From Paramecium tetraurelia (Eukaryota): DNA of 64,000 nucleotides. The notes beneath the pieces are model-generated. The model had not been told where the DNA came from and made no database searches. It was given only the letters and a program-made list of their open reading frames with translations. Positions 24,103 through 37,600 of the stretch are shown here, in pieces. The stretch is taken from positions 1 to 64,000 of the forward strand of contig CT868196.1 of NCBI GenBank assembly GCA_000165425.1, in the 5' to 3' direction. Each line of letters begins with the position of its first letter. Position 1 is the stretch's first letter. The position numbers and the translations under genes are program-made.

Positions 24103-25275
24103 ATGATATAAGAGTAATAATAAGGGATAACAGAGGAAGAGAAGGAACTCATTTTGATTGAGGAATTATCATAAAAATTGGAAGGTCTTTACAAGGATAT
24201 GGAATAGATCAGAAGAGAGAATTTGCTCTTTGAATCCTATATAATGAGGAACTCCAAGGATTTGTAGAGGGAAGAGGAAGCGGAAGATAAGAAGCAGAAA
24301 ACAAAGAAAAAGGATAAGCCTATTGATAAAAAGGTTGAATTAAGTATTAATGTATAGACGATGTAATTGACAAACGAGGAAAAGTACGAAATTGCATAAT
24401 TTGAGAGCGATACTTTGAAAAAGAACATTGAGGAGGGAAGAATAAGATCAGATTAAATATTAGAAACCTTGAGAGTAAGAGAAAAAATAATGAATTTAGG
24501 CAATTTTGGAGGAAACCGACAAGGCCATCACAGAAATTAGAAAGGATGCTTTTGATTTTCAGAGAGAAATTTTATTTGCTGGAGAGAATACTAGGACTGG
24601 AAAGATTGAAGCAGAGAGAATAGAAAAATACTTTAAAGAAAAACTAGCCTAAAAAGTATTAAATTAGCTCTAAATAAGGATGCATAAATAGAGAAGTATA
24701 AATAAAAGAAAGCCAATATTGAATAATAAATTACTAAAACAAGTAATCAGATTCAAAAGAAAGAGGAGATGGGAGATGATTTAAAATTTATAGATTTTCA
24801 TCAATTGTAAATTGAAAATAAGAAATATGTTAAATAAATCGATGAAAAGAATAAAAAGTTATTGGGTTTGAAGATAGCCACAGGGAAGATATCTTCTGTT
24901 TTAATTGAAGAAAGAAATCTATTATAAAATGAAATAGATTAATGCAATAAATTGATATAAGAAATTGATGATAAGAACAAAAAGACAGCTAAAACTTAGG
25001 AGCAGACTAAGAAGGTGAAAAGATAAATTGCATCTTTGACGGAAAAGAAGAAAAAGTTTGCAATCCAATTAGAACAAGTGAATAATGCAACAAATGAAGA
25101 TATTCCAAAAGTATAAATTGATTGATATACAAAGGCTATGACATATGTGTTGTAAAAAAGAAAAGAGGAGGAGTTGGTTTACAAAATAAGAAACACGAAT
25201 AGAAAAATTGAGATAGCTGAATTAGCTTACTAAAAGGCTTGTAAAGCAATAGGAATAAATCCACAAAAACTTTGA
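24103..25275 (+). CDS. CCDC113: Ciliary coiled-coil protein CCDC113/CFAP263
   Basis: RENLLFESYIMR, LTNEEKYEIA, RTGKIEAERIEKYFKEKL, KKEEMGDDLKFIDFHQLQIENKKY. Confidence 0.88.
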
Positions 25276-25322
25276 TAGCAAAGCTTATAAGTTTAAAGAT
25301 AATTTTATTTTAAATATATTTC

Positions 25323-28300
25323 TCATCTTAAATTCAACTCTAATGCTTGCATATCTTCTGATGGCTACTTTCTCTTTTTGTGTCCATAAACGGCAATAAT
25401 AGTAATTAAAATAATCACATATAAAGATCCAACTCCGATACATGTGTATTTAACCCAATTTTCAGTATATCCAATTAGAGGGAAGTAAAATACCAATAGC
25501 ACAGATTGGGCAGGTCCATATTTCTAGATAATATTAAGGTATAAATTTTGCTGGTAGAAGGTTTGCTACATGTTTTCTATTTGTAAACCCACCCTATTGG
25601 TATAATTGTAAGAATAAAGGACTGGCACAGTATCCATTACTAAAACAGTATTATAAACTCCTTGTACTGTATAAGTAATTGGAGACTTGAATCTAAGGGT
25701 GTCAATAGAGTAATAGATATTGGAATTGAGATTGCCTAGATCATAGAGAGCTAAAAGGTAGGTGTCAATATTGGTATCATGATATGTTGAAAACAAGAAG
25801 TTATTGAAATATAAAGTATTTTTCAGTTAGTATGATTATTGCATAGGTGCAACTTATTTATTGGAATTAATGTTTGTTAATACAATGTATTCATTTTAAA
25901 AACTGTAATTAGCTTACAAGATGATGCTGTAGAATTCTTTAGTAGTCACAAGAAAGTTTATTTATTGTCCTTCGAACTGAATTAATTTGATCTCTTATAG
26001 AGTGGCCTTCTTGGGTAATTCAGTTTGTATGTGCATGATGGATTGATTAAGTATTGTGTTTCCTGTGGATGAAATTGTAGCATACTGAATTTGTTGTAAC
26101 AATGGACAAACATATATGAATAAGAACATACCATTAATTTAGGTAGCTGTGAAATCTCCAACTTCTTGAGAGGATATCTAATCAGCACTTTGGATTTGAC
26201 ATTATAGTTATATATTTTAGTAGAAATTGGCATTGGAGAGATTTCCTATCAAAATAGAATAGCTTCGATCTCCTTATTTTATTGCCAAAGTACTAACAAA
26301 ATTAGAATAGTATTCCATTTTAAGGGGGAAATAGAATTTATTAATGGCTTAATATTGCTAATGTAATAATTAAGCCTGGTTGAAAACAGTAAAGGTATAA
26401 TCTGAATATTGTGAACAAAGGGAAATGATTTATTACTATTGGCTGTAATAGAACAGTGCCCAACAATGAGTAAATTAATCATTATAACTCATCAATTACA
26501 CAAATTCTTAGTTGAGTACTTGATACAATGCTCCTATATTTTATGCATAGACTTGAGGTAATTAAGGCGTAAAAGTGAATTAAGTTATATCTTTTGGAGT
26601 GGATTGGATTGCGTATTCATAAGAGAATGGTTGTCTAACTAAACACAAAAACTGTGGATAACCATCAATAAATGGAGGAGCTGCAGAATATGAAACTACG
26701 TTATTTTAAATGGTTCCTTCTAGATTGAAATCGAAGCTGAATTGTGGAGAATCCAAAATAATAACTTCATCGATTTAATTGTTCTCTAAAAATAGAGTTT
26801 AATTAGCAAAGCCGACAAACAAAGTGTCATAAGCTATAAAGGAACCCTCGATTTAGATATTACTGTTACTGATTTAAGATTGCACCTCAACTAAATATTT
26901 AACTTGCTCTTTTTATACAGAATTTAAAGGATCGCTTTGTTCGACCAAAAGGTAAGTAGGATTTGTTACTGAGTAAATTGCCACATTTGTATGGCTGGCT
27001 ATCATGACATTGCTCTATTTTAAGATATTTGGAATGTGAGTGGCTGAAATGTAATCACCTATGTAATTTAATTTTTGGATTAAACAGTCTTGAGAAGATA
27101 ATGTAGGGTTGTAAACGTAGTAAAAGTTGTTGTTCATTAAAATATAAAACAAGGAGTCATCTGATGCAACAATAAATTTATTATTAATACTCACACCATA
27201 TTAAGGTAATTTCTTAATGAATTTAATTTCATTTGTAGGTTAATCAATCGAATAAAAATATTGATACATGGAAGTCGATCCGATTTTCTCTTAAACCACA
27301 AGAATAATAGAATCTTTGACAATAGAGAGTGACTTAATATTAGTGTACTAATCCAAAGTAATTGTGTTTTGATATATTGGAATCTTATTAACCATTTCCA
27401 TCACATAAACATATTATAATGAATTAATAAAAATGATTTGTCTCAATTTGTTATTCTCATCAACAATAGTCTTGCCAGCCAAAGATGCTGGGAAAAAGCC
27501 AGTATCAAAAAAGGAATTTGTGAGTTTGAATACAAGTGTGCATGTTTGAATGTCATAAATCCAAATTTGTTGTATTCTGGCCAATATAAAATACAAATAG
27601 TTCCCTATCACATAGAAATCTGTAATTGAATGGAAATAATCTTGATCATCTATTGGAAGTGGTTCACACAAAAACTCAGCTTAAACCAATGTAAATGCAT
27701 TAAATTAATTCAACTTGTAGATAAGCACTGCACTATAAGCAATATCTGCAACAAAATACACTTCATCTGGATTTGTCAAATCAGTAAACTATAATTTGTT
27801 TATAGGGGCATTTAACTCGAATATTTATGAATAATCACGACATTCCATTTCTTCCAAATCTATGTATTCCAAAAGATTGACATCGCACAATTTAAGTGAA
27901 ATTTGACTGTACCTAATAATTTCCTTAACATATTGATATTAAAGTATGAACATAGCATATGATTGGAAATCAGCTGAATAAAATGAAAAGACTCCATTTA
28001 TCTGATCCCAAATCTGTTTAGACAATTGAACTTAAACTGAAGGATCATAAATATTAATGGACTCTTTTGATGATTAAGCTGAAATCGTAATTAAGGGGCC
28101 ACTAACATAGCTTAATACATTGAGATATATCTTATCTGTTTTAACTATTATCTATTGAGGCAAATTCTTCTCATATTGGTACAAACCTGGAACCAATCCA
28201 TGAATTGTGACATTTATGGTAACAGAACAATTAATTTCAATACTCTGCTCACTCGAAGTTGCTTGCAATACAATGTTGGAGTTAGTTGTAGAATCAATAA

Positions 28301-29504
28301 ATAACTGAGGTTGTAGGATTTGATAATAATAAAGAGTATTGGTTGTGTAAGTTAGTATATTGTATGGCAATTGGTTTAAACCGATTACATTTTATATTTA
28401 AGTATTGATGATAATGTTAGGCTGAATTCTATCATATACGTAGTATTAATCATCGATGTACAAGGTAATCAATTCATGATTACTAAATAATTATGGAATT
28501 GAAGTTTATTCGAAATCAATTCTCACTATGTAACCACGAATGATATCTGTTGTGGTAATTTCAAATAAGTTTTCACCATTCAAAGTTGTATAGATTAGCA
28601 AGTCCTCTCCATAAGGTTCTACATCGAAAGCTAGCAATTCATAATTTGCTTAAATTAACGAACTAATGTTGTATAATTCAGTCTGAGTAAAGTTGATTAA
28701 AGAATAAACATTAATCACATTTGTTGCATTCATTAGATAAACTAAATATATTTATTTGCTATGATACTTAATTAATTGCTTATCTTATACTATCTATATT
28801 GGGTTTGATTAAATATTTATATTGGATTCTAAGTCTGCTGATTCCTTAATTAAGTGTAAGAATAGATCTCAATTACTCCAGACAATGTTTCTTGGTTGTA
28901 CCTACCCAATGTTATCAAGAGATTATTCTCCTTTTCGAATGCTACTTGCAAATCGAATAGTTACACTTGATATTACAGAGTTGATGGTGTATATGGTAAA
29001 ATATGCCATGAAAATTAATCATGAATCTAAGAGACATAAAAAAAATAATTGAATTATCCAGCAAGGCTATTAAAACAATTCACCAAAATCTATTCATTGT
29101 CTAGAAATGTAATTTCATTGCAAATTACTTAATTTAATTATTGTGGAATATATAATGTGTTTTGAATCAATAGTTAATTATTTGATATACCTATAATATA
29201 AATTGTATATGCTTGATTAATTTAGTTTAAACTAGCAATCTTGTTCATCCATTCTTTTGAATATTGACTAATCAACAAAGAACTATCAATAACCATCCCT
29301 TCTAATTCTAATGTATCCAACTGGTTTAACACATTTTATAATTCATAATCTTAATCTGTAGAAAACTTCAAATTATATCCATAAAAATAATCAAACATAT
29401 TTAATCTTATCGTTTCACTTGACAATTTAAAAAAGTTCCGTCTAAGCCTCAGAATTTACTAAACACTGTTAATAGGTAATCTAAAATAATAAGAAAATCA
29501 ACAT
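25323..29504 (-). CDS. Large type I membrane/surface protein (about 1370 aa); apparent frameshift near 29430
   Basis: Signal-like MLIFLLFQITYQQC, long beta-rich ectodomain, C-terminal TM IGVGSLYVIILITIIAVYG then HKKRKQ; intron near 28742-28767. Confidence 0.7.
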
Positions 29505-29745
29505 AAATTATTTATTAATGAATTATTATTTCTATTGTTTTTTACTAAATACTCAATTACCATGATTTTTAAATACAGTATTAATATATTAATAACTTTG
29601 CCACTTGCCTCTCCTTTAGAAATAGTTCATTTACTCAAACACAAACTAATTTTTGATTGAATTGATCTTAAAATAAATAAATTTGATCAAATTTATTAAA
29701 GATAGATTTATCAATAAAAAATGTATCAATATTTAAAAAAATACT

Positions 29746-30759
29746 TCATAAGAAATATGGAAGAACATTCTTTGGATTAATGCTTTTAGCACTCTCTGGC
29801 ACCTCCTTGAATGTTTTCCATGATTGTTATAGTTGTTCATCCAAGCATAAAATCGATGCTACATTTCCACATCTATAACAATAGTTGGGAGCAGACCACA
29901 CTGTGACCAAATTTTGATCCTAAAATTAATCAGAAAGTCATACAGGGAACCAGTACTTATATCCTTCCATAACCAATTGATGTGCTCTGCATATAAGAGT
30001 CAAATCATTAAGTCTACAAAACTCCTTAGTCACTTTGGCACCAAACAAATAACCGGCACCTCTCGAATTTACAGCCCAATATTCTACTTCCTCAGGATCT
30101 GACCACATCAAATCACAAAATGGACCCTCATGAGGAATTTCAATCTAAATCCTTTTTGAATTCTATTACCTTTCTATCAATGGTTCTGATCTAATCAATT
30201 GTCCTCATATCTGGAGACAATCCGCCATGCACACAAAGTATCTAACCCTCAATCAAAGCAGCCAATGGTAAGCAATCGAAAACCTCCATAAACAATCTCC
30301 AAGGACTGCTATTCCCATATTTTCTCAACAACTCTTCATAAAATCCATAAACTTAAGTGCACTATCTAGACTCGTGATTTCCTCTCAAAAGTACGATATT
30401 TCCTGGGTATTTCACTATGGATCATTAATGTGAACTCATACCTTTCAAACAAAGCAAATACTCCATGGTTTCCACACTATTATACCCTCTGTCGACAAAA
30501 TCACCAATAAAAATATAATTATGCTCTGGAATGTCTCCTCCTTCTTTAATTAATGCTTGCAAATCGTAAAATTGACCTAAACAATAGACATTGGTAGCAT
30601 ACCATGAATATCACCACAAACATTCACAGGGGCCTTCACTGGTTGCACATTTGATTCCTCCAAGAAGATTTCCTTTGCTCTTTCACAAATCAACTTTAAA
30701 TCTCTTTCTGGAAGACATCCTCCTGAAAGTAATGATGCGATGTGACGATCGATGTCCAT
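29746..30759 (-). CDS. PPP6C: Serine/threonine protein phosphatase 6 catalytic subunit (Sit4 type)
   Basis: [57 protein letters not shown]-terminal PYFL; several tiny introns. Confidence 0.93.
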
Positions 30760-30942
30760 TAATTAAAGATTTACTTTATAATTTTTATTAATGTAAATGT
30801 CCAATAATTCGAAAAACATAATCGAATCTAAACATAATAGAAATAGATTCAATTATAAATATAAACAACTTTAAATTGATTTATTATTAAAGAGGGGTGA
30901 AGAATGATTGTTATGAAAATTAATAATGTCAAAGATTTGAAT

Positions 30943-32049
30943 TCATTCAACTCCATACAATTCTTTAGATATCCTGTTGCACTCCAAGAGAATTTCATTT
31001 TCATCAAGCCATTAATTTTTGTTGACATATGCCAATCCTATTTAATAAACTTAATCCCTTTAAAATAGCTAATAGAATAATAGAAATATTATCAAAACAT
31101 ACTTTATATTCCATCAAAGTTTAATAAATTTTGCGTTTAACGTCATTCATCTTTTCATTTGGTCTCACTAAAGGAATGACTACATTGGTTGTGGATTTCG
31201 TTTTTTTGTCTACTATAGCAGAGTAGGATGACTAGATGGCATTTTCATTCTGGAGTGGTTGAGCATCAGTTTAGATGAAAAAATCTTCATCCTTCATATC
31301 TTCATTCAATTGGATATCAGCATAGTCTAAAGGCACATCCTTTTAATTCCTTTTGGAGTTAGTTTATTATTTTTAGAGACTCTGATCAAACGAAAAAACA
31401 TTGGATAAAACTGTGTCCCCTCTGCTTTGTTTCGATTTACTAAAAGCTGATTCTGGTCTTTTTTTCGCTCAAATTAACTCAAATAGGAAATTTACTTCCA
31501 TTCATATTCCAAAGGATGAGAGGACTTCTCTTCCCATTCTCTCTTGCTGATCCTCGAATTGTCCTTAATGGATGAGGCTACACTGTGCATTTTTGAATTA
31601 GATTTGATTCTCTATATATTTTTTTGAGTTCTTGTGGAGATCTCTTAAATATTATTTTCCAAAGCCTTGATGTTATTGCAATGATTCTTTGGTTATTAAA
31701 TTCTGATACTTATTCTTGTATAAATTGGGAAACTTTATTTTTCCTCTTCAATGACTCTTTCATCATGAAAGTTTTGGGCATTTTGTTATCAGAATAACCT
31801 GCTTTCAACGCCTACACACGACGGTATGTTTCATTGATTTCTGTAAAATCTTGTTTATCTTCTATATATATTAATATAATAAAAACTGAGGGAGTGAGGT
31901 TTGTTTGCATCAACATGGGGATGAGGTGGTTTAATTAGCACTTGAGGTTTAGAGTTGATGAGTGCTATAATATGCTTCTCTTGTAGGGTATCAATTTATT
32001 ATTTGCCACCTTAATTACAACTGTTTGGGTTAAATTATTTTCTTATCAT
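30943..32049 (-). CDS. Hypothetical protein, weak SPATA7-like C-terminus
   Basis: MIRKQFNPNSC...; C-terminus KIYQTLMEYKLFQRDQVYQIGLAYVNKNQWLDENEILLECNRISKELYGVE*; family call is inference. Confidence 0.6.
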
Positions 32050-32186
32050 AATAAATAAAAATATGAATAAATATAATTATCTAAAATGTGTAAAATAAGT
32101 TAATCATAGTTTACTCCATTTTTTTAATGTATAAATTGATATTGAAATCTAAAATAAATATTAATATTAAATAAAACTTAAATATC

Positions 32187-32697
32187 ATGAATTTGTAAGA
32201 GGAAGATATTGAACAATGTCAGCGAGCTTTCAATGATTTGGATGATGTAAATTCAAATAATCTATTATCCATTTTAGAGAGGAGAGGGCGAAATTATGGC
32301 AGATGATTTGGAACTTGCTTTAGAAATGGTGGGTTTAAAGTAGAAACCACACAAGGTTCATAAATTAATTAGTGAAATTGACGATGGAAACAGAGGTCGC
32401 ATCAAATTTAAGGAGTTTTTGACTTTATTTGCCAAACTTAAATATGCTGGTTTATAAGATGATGATTAAGATATGATTGATGCATTTGTAGCTATGGGTG
32501 GGAATGAAGATACAACTGGAAATGTAGATGCCGAAAAGCTAATCAGGATTATTAAGAACGAATTCGAATTAACGATCGACATTGAAGGATTGATCAAAGA
32601 AGTAGACACAGATGGATCAGGAGTCATTGAATTCGGTGAGTTTAAAGAATTACTAAAGACTAATTATTTATAAGATGATGAAAATGACATTCCTTGA
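32187..32697 (+). CDS. LC4: Outer-arm dynein Ca2+-binding light chain LC4-type EF-hand protein (copy 1, 159 aa)
   Basis: DMIDAFVAMGGNEDTTGNVDAEKLIRIIKNEFELTIDIEGLIKEVDTDGSGVIEFGEFKELL; intron 32247-32277. Confidence 0.88.
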
Positions 32698-33044
32698 TGT
32701 TGAAAAATATATTTAAATATATTGCTATAATTCTAATCCTATTCATATTATATTATATCTCAAAGTAGAATTCCATCTAAATATTTATATTAGTGTGATT
32801 CTTTCTGTTCTTTTAATTAAATAGACTTGTCCAATATACTCATTGAGTAATTTATTACATAGTTTGATCATTAATAATCCGTATTGAAAATAGTAAGAAG
32901 GAGAGGAAATCAAATAATTGATCATATTGTTTAAATGGAATTTATATTGTATTTATCCATCCATTTCTATATTTAAATTGGTGAGGATCATACTAAAAAA
33001 ACCATATAAAGAAATAAATTTATTAATTAACAAAATATTTATAT

Positions 33045-33584
33045 ATGAATTTAACTGAGGAGGACATCGACATGTGTTAAAGGGCGTTTGCTGAAATGGA
33101 TGAAGTAAAATCAATATTTGATCTAGGATGGGGTTGGTGCCATTCGAGGCCAGGATTTAAAAATTGCTTTAGAAAAAATCGGTTTCAAACCATCAGAAAA
33201 TGAACTCTACAAAATCATAAGTGAGGTAGAGGAAACCAATACAGGACTTATAAGATTTAGTGATTTCTTAGGCGTCTATTGGAAATTTAAGTATTCTAAC
33301 TAAGATGGTATCTATTAATATCTTAATCATTTTAGATGATGACTAAGACACAATTGATGCCTTTGTTGCCATGGGAGGAAACCCAGATAAAACAGGATCA
33401 GTATTAATATTTCATAAATCAATAGATAAGTACAGATAAACTAGTATAAATTATTAAATCTGAATTCGAATTAACTATTGATATCGAAAGTCTTATCAGA
33501 GATGTGGACAAGGACAATTCAGGCCTAATCGAATTTGGGGAATTTAAAGATCTTTTAAAAACTTCATACGCTAATGATGAATGA
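33045..33584 (+). CDS. LC4: LC4-type EF-hand protein (copy 2, 154 aa)
   Basis: DTIDAFVAMGGNPDKTGSISTDKLVQIIKSEFELTIDIESLIRDVDKDNSGLIEFGEFKDLL; introns 33105-33126, 33308-33335, 33401-33425. Confidence 0.88.
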
Positions 33585-34179
33585 CATCTTTAATTGTTAA
33601 GTTATTATTAAATATTTTTTCATGGCATTATCATCCATCTTTCGATTGAAATTCAACCTTCAAATTTTGACTGTAACCTATTAATACGCATCATTTGAAC
33701 AACAATTATAGAGGCATCTTGTCACTTCAATATCAACTTAACGAATTGTACCGATTTTAGATGAAATTTCTTAATAGGATCCTGTGTTAAACATTATATA
33801 TTTACATATAAAAAATAGTATTTAATTCAAAATCCTCAGGTGAATAAAAATAACACCAAATTTTGGCAATATAAAAATATTTCAATTATATTTTAACCCT
33901 TAAATTAACAATAACCTCTTTGTATTGAATACTAATAGTAAATATAATACTATAAATTAATTCATAATATTGGAATTATAGTGATTAAGTATTGTATTAG
34001 GATTGTTATTTATCTAAAAAACTTGATCTAAATCACGTCTCCTCATTTTTAAATATCTCAATTCGAAAGATTTAAAAATTAGTTGTAAGGTTGTGAATTC
34101 TTTAAATATTTGATAATATATATTTATTGTGACTAAATTTATTTTATATAAACTAAAGTTCAACTTTCAAGAATTGCAG

Positions 34180-34580
34180 AGAGAAATAATAGATGGACGA
34201 TTCATTTCCACTATTTAAGTGTTTCCTAATCACAAAAAAATCTGCTTTAAAATAATATAACTTCAATTTAATTGATCCCGAGCATCTTGAAGAATAATTC
34301 AACAACCCAAATAGTTATACAATACATACCTTCTCCTTTGATTATATGTACGATTAAGATAACTCACAGGAAGAAGTATACTATAATACAGCAAGAGATG
34401 CAGAGTTCTCTGCCTTTAACGTCACCATCATGGCATATGGACAGACTGGCACTAGACATTTCCAATGGAGGGATTTAATTACAATTGTATAAATCCTTAA
34501 AGAGGAATCATCTCAAGTGCAAACGAGGAAATATTTAAGTGCATTTCAAATGGATCCAATGAATTCACCCTCATGAGATT
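34180..34580 (+). pseudogene. Kinesin motor-domain pseudogene fragment
   Basis: REIIDGRFISTIQV / HTFSFDYMYDQDNSQEEVYYNTARDAEFSAFNVTIMAYGQTGTR / MEGFNYNCINPQRGIISSANEEIF; P-loop GKT lost, frameshifts, truncated. Confidence 0.85.
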
Positions 34581-34638
34581 GATTTATTTTAATTAATAAA
34601 TAAGAGTTTTTTATTTGAAGTTCATATATTTGGATTCT

Positions 34639-37600
34639 ATGTCTAAAGAAAAGCACATCCTTCTAACGCACTATATTACAATTACATTCATTTTGAGAAC
34701 TAATTTATCAATTTCGAAGAACATATCTATGGTTTTACAATTTATTATTAGTCTTTATCCATTGCTCATTACATTAGAATCAGAGAATTTCAATAATCTA
34801 AAGTAAAATTGGATTTATCAGATTTTACTTCTAATTTTTAGACCTGATATCATAATTTCTAAGTATTTTTATTAATTCTTATTCTAAGCACTTATATGCA
34901 TCTGATACCTTTAATTCTGTTTATGTTGCATAAGGTATTTTGGGTTCTTCTATTTTACCAATACAAAAAATAACAAACTTAGGACAGGTTTATTAAATTA
35001 ATTTAGAAGAATTTGTTGTTAAAGTTAGTAAGTCTCATCTATTCATTGTATTAAAAATTGATGAGCACCTATTTATTTATGTTACTTAATCTGTTCTGTA
35101 TGACGAGTTTAAGAAAATAAATTGAATAATTTGAGGAGGAGAAAATAATGATCATTCACATCATAATCAATTTTATAACTATATTTATTTTATTGCTGGA
35201 ATCATTATTTACCTTATACTATTTTGATCAGTCCATTACACATCAGGTCTAGGATATCGAAAGAACTAGACTCACGAAGCCACGTGTAATTTATCATATA
35301 CTAATACTATTATAAATCTTTTAAGTAATATTGGTGAATTTGGAATATGTATTATATATTTAAACCCTTTTAGTAATATTAACATAAATTGTATTAATTT
35401 ATGATTAATTTAAATATTTTACTCTTAATTTAACTTTTTAATAACAACCAACTTTCATAGCAATTTCAATCAATATTGCCTTTCATTTACATACTTTAAT
35501 TTTCACACAGCAGATACTGAATCAAATTTTATTACCACTTTTAATTCTTGGCATGCTAATATTTTACATTATTAATAATTATAATTAATATTTTAATAGT
35601 TTATAATTAAAGTTGCTGTTTAAAAAAGAATTTACCTCAATCTGGCAAATCAAGTACTCCTTAATAAAATTGATGAATAAAGATTTGAATTCGTAGTACT
35701 CAGAAATCATCATAAAATCTCTGATAGCATCTGATCATAGATCAAATTGTAAAGATGTCAAATGCTGTTACTGCGGTCATTAATACATAATGTACCCTTC
35801 CTAGACATGTGGAATAACTCTATAGATTTATAGAGAATTTACAATGAAAAAAATGAAATAATTTACATAGTTATTTCAACTCAATCAAAAATAAGAATTT
35901 GAGAATTAAGTGCTCTTATAATATGCATTTATGCTTTATGATTTCGGATTGATCATGAGATCTGTTAAACTTCTTTGCTATTTGAATTATAATTGCAAAA
36001 ACAACGAAAACAACAAATTAAATTCTTTATCATTTTCTAGGGATTAAATAACTTAAACACACAATTATGATCTATCAACAATGAACTAGACAGTTTTGTA
36101 GGAGTGTTTTGAATAGAATAACTCCTTATTACAAATGATTTCAGTTTACAATTTAAAATTCAGTTATCTTGAGACTGTGAAATTAGCATTTATATTTAAT
36201 TAGGCTAAGAGCAAGATTAATGCATCATTAGGTACTTCTCTTTACGCAGCGTAAAAATCATTTATTTCAGATTACATCGAATAAAACATTGAACTTGACA
36301 TAATGTTGACTTAAAAAGAAAGACTGATATTTGATTTAATTGAATAAAAGTTACAATTCTATTAAATGATTGTATCAACAACTATGATAAATGAATAAAT
36401 AAGTGTTTTGCATAATAAAGTGTATAAATTGTGTTATAACTTATATGAATTGCAAAAATAGATGGCATTAGCATATAAACATAAACCTTGTTTTAAACTA
36501 CATAGAGTTGTGTGTTTCTTTTATGGGGAAGTGTTGTGTGATTACAAAAAGGCTATACATTTCTTTAGAAATTCAGACTTTTTTGAAGCATAGAAATTGC
36601 AATTCTAGCATGTAAAGAATTTTAATATCAATTCCTCAAATGTTCATTATTTGATTTTGGAAGTTAAGGATGATATGGAGACTCTGACAGTGTAGTAATT
36701 CTCCAATAAGTTTTTTCATTCTTTTGGGGGAGGGGTTTCACAAACAGAAGAACATTAATTCAATGATTTATTGCCAAAGTACTTAGTACAGCATCATTGT
36801 AATTTAGTTAAGAGGTTCTTTGAGACAGGTGAAGCTAAATATTATTAGATGTTTGATATCAATTATATCAAAAATAAGAACTAACTCTTAACACCAATAA
36901 ATATGTGTTTCATTATAACAAACAAGTTTGTCAATTAGAATATTACATTTGCTTCTTTCTTATAAGAAGCTTCCTAGGATTAGGTTTACATTATAGTGGA
37001 TGGTGTGAGTCTAAGATGCACATTCACACAAAATTTACTCACCTTAATAGGTTGGTTTGAAAGTGATATAGAGTCTTTATGTTAATAGGAGAAATACGAA
37101 AATCTATAAATAACTAAGATATATCCAAATTTTGTGAGATTCATTCGATAAAATAAAATAAAATATTCAAAACTCAATTAAAGTGTGCTTATTTTACCAA
37201 AACCATAATACAATATATAAACTTAAAGATCCTTCCTATCTGGAGATGCTTAGCTCACACTTAATTACGTACACACAGAATGTGATTTGCTTATAACAAA
37301 AAATAAAATTGCAAATTACGAATATTTTGTGATAAATGTAGTTAAAATGGCTGAGTAATAACAAGCTAATCATTCACTAGTAAGAATTCCTATATCTCAG
37401 CCTAAGCTTAATGATGAAAGTAAATATTTGGTTGATCAAACTGATTAAGTAGGGATTGAAAAAATAAATGCTATTAATTTTTATGATTAGAATATGCCAC
37501 AATCAATAGCCAATACCTAAATTTAAACTACTGATTAAAATAATAGAAAATCTAGTATAAATAAGAATATGATGACTATTTAATCTTTTAAATAATAACA

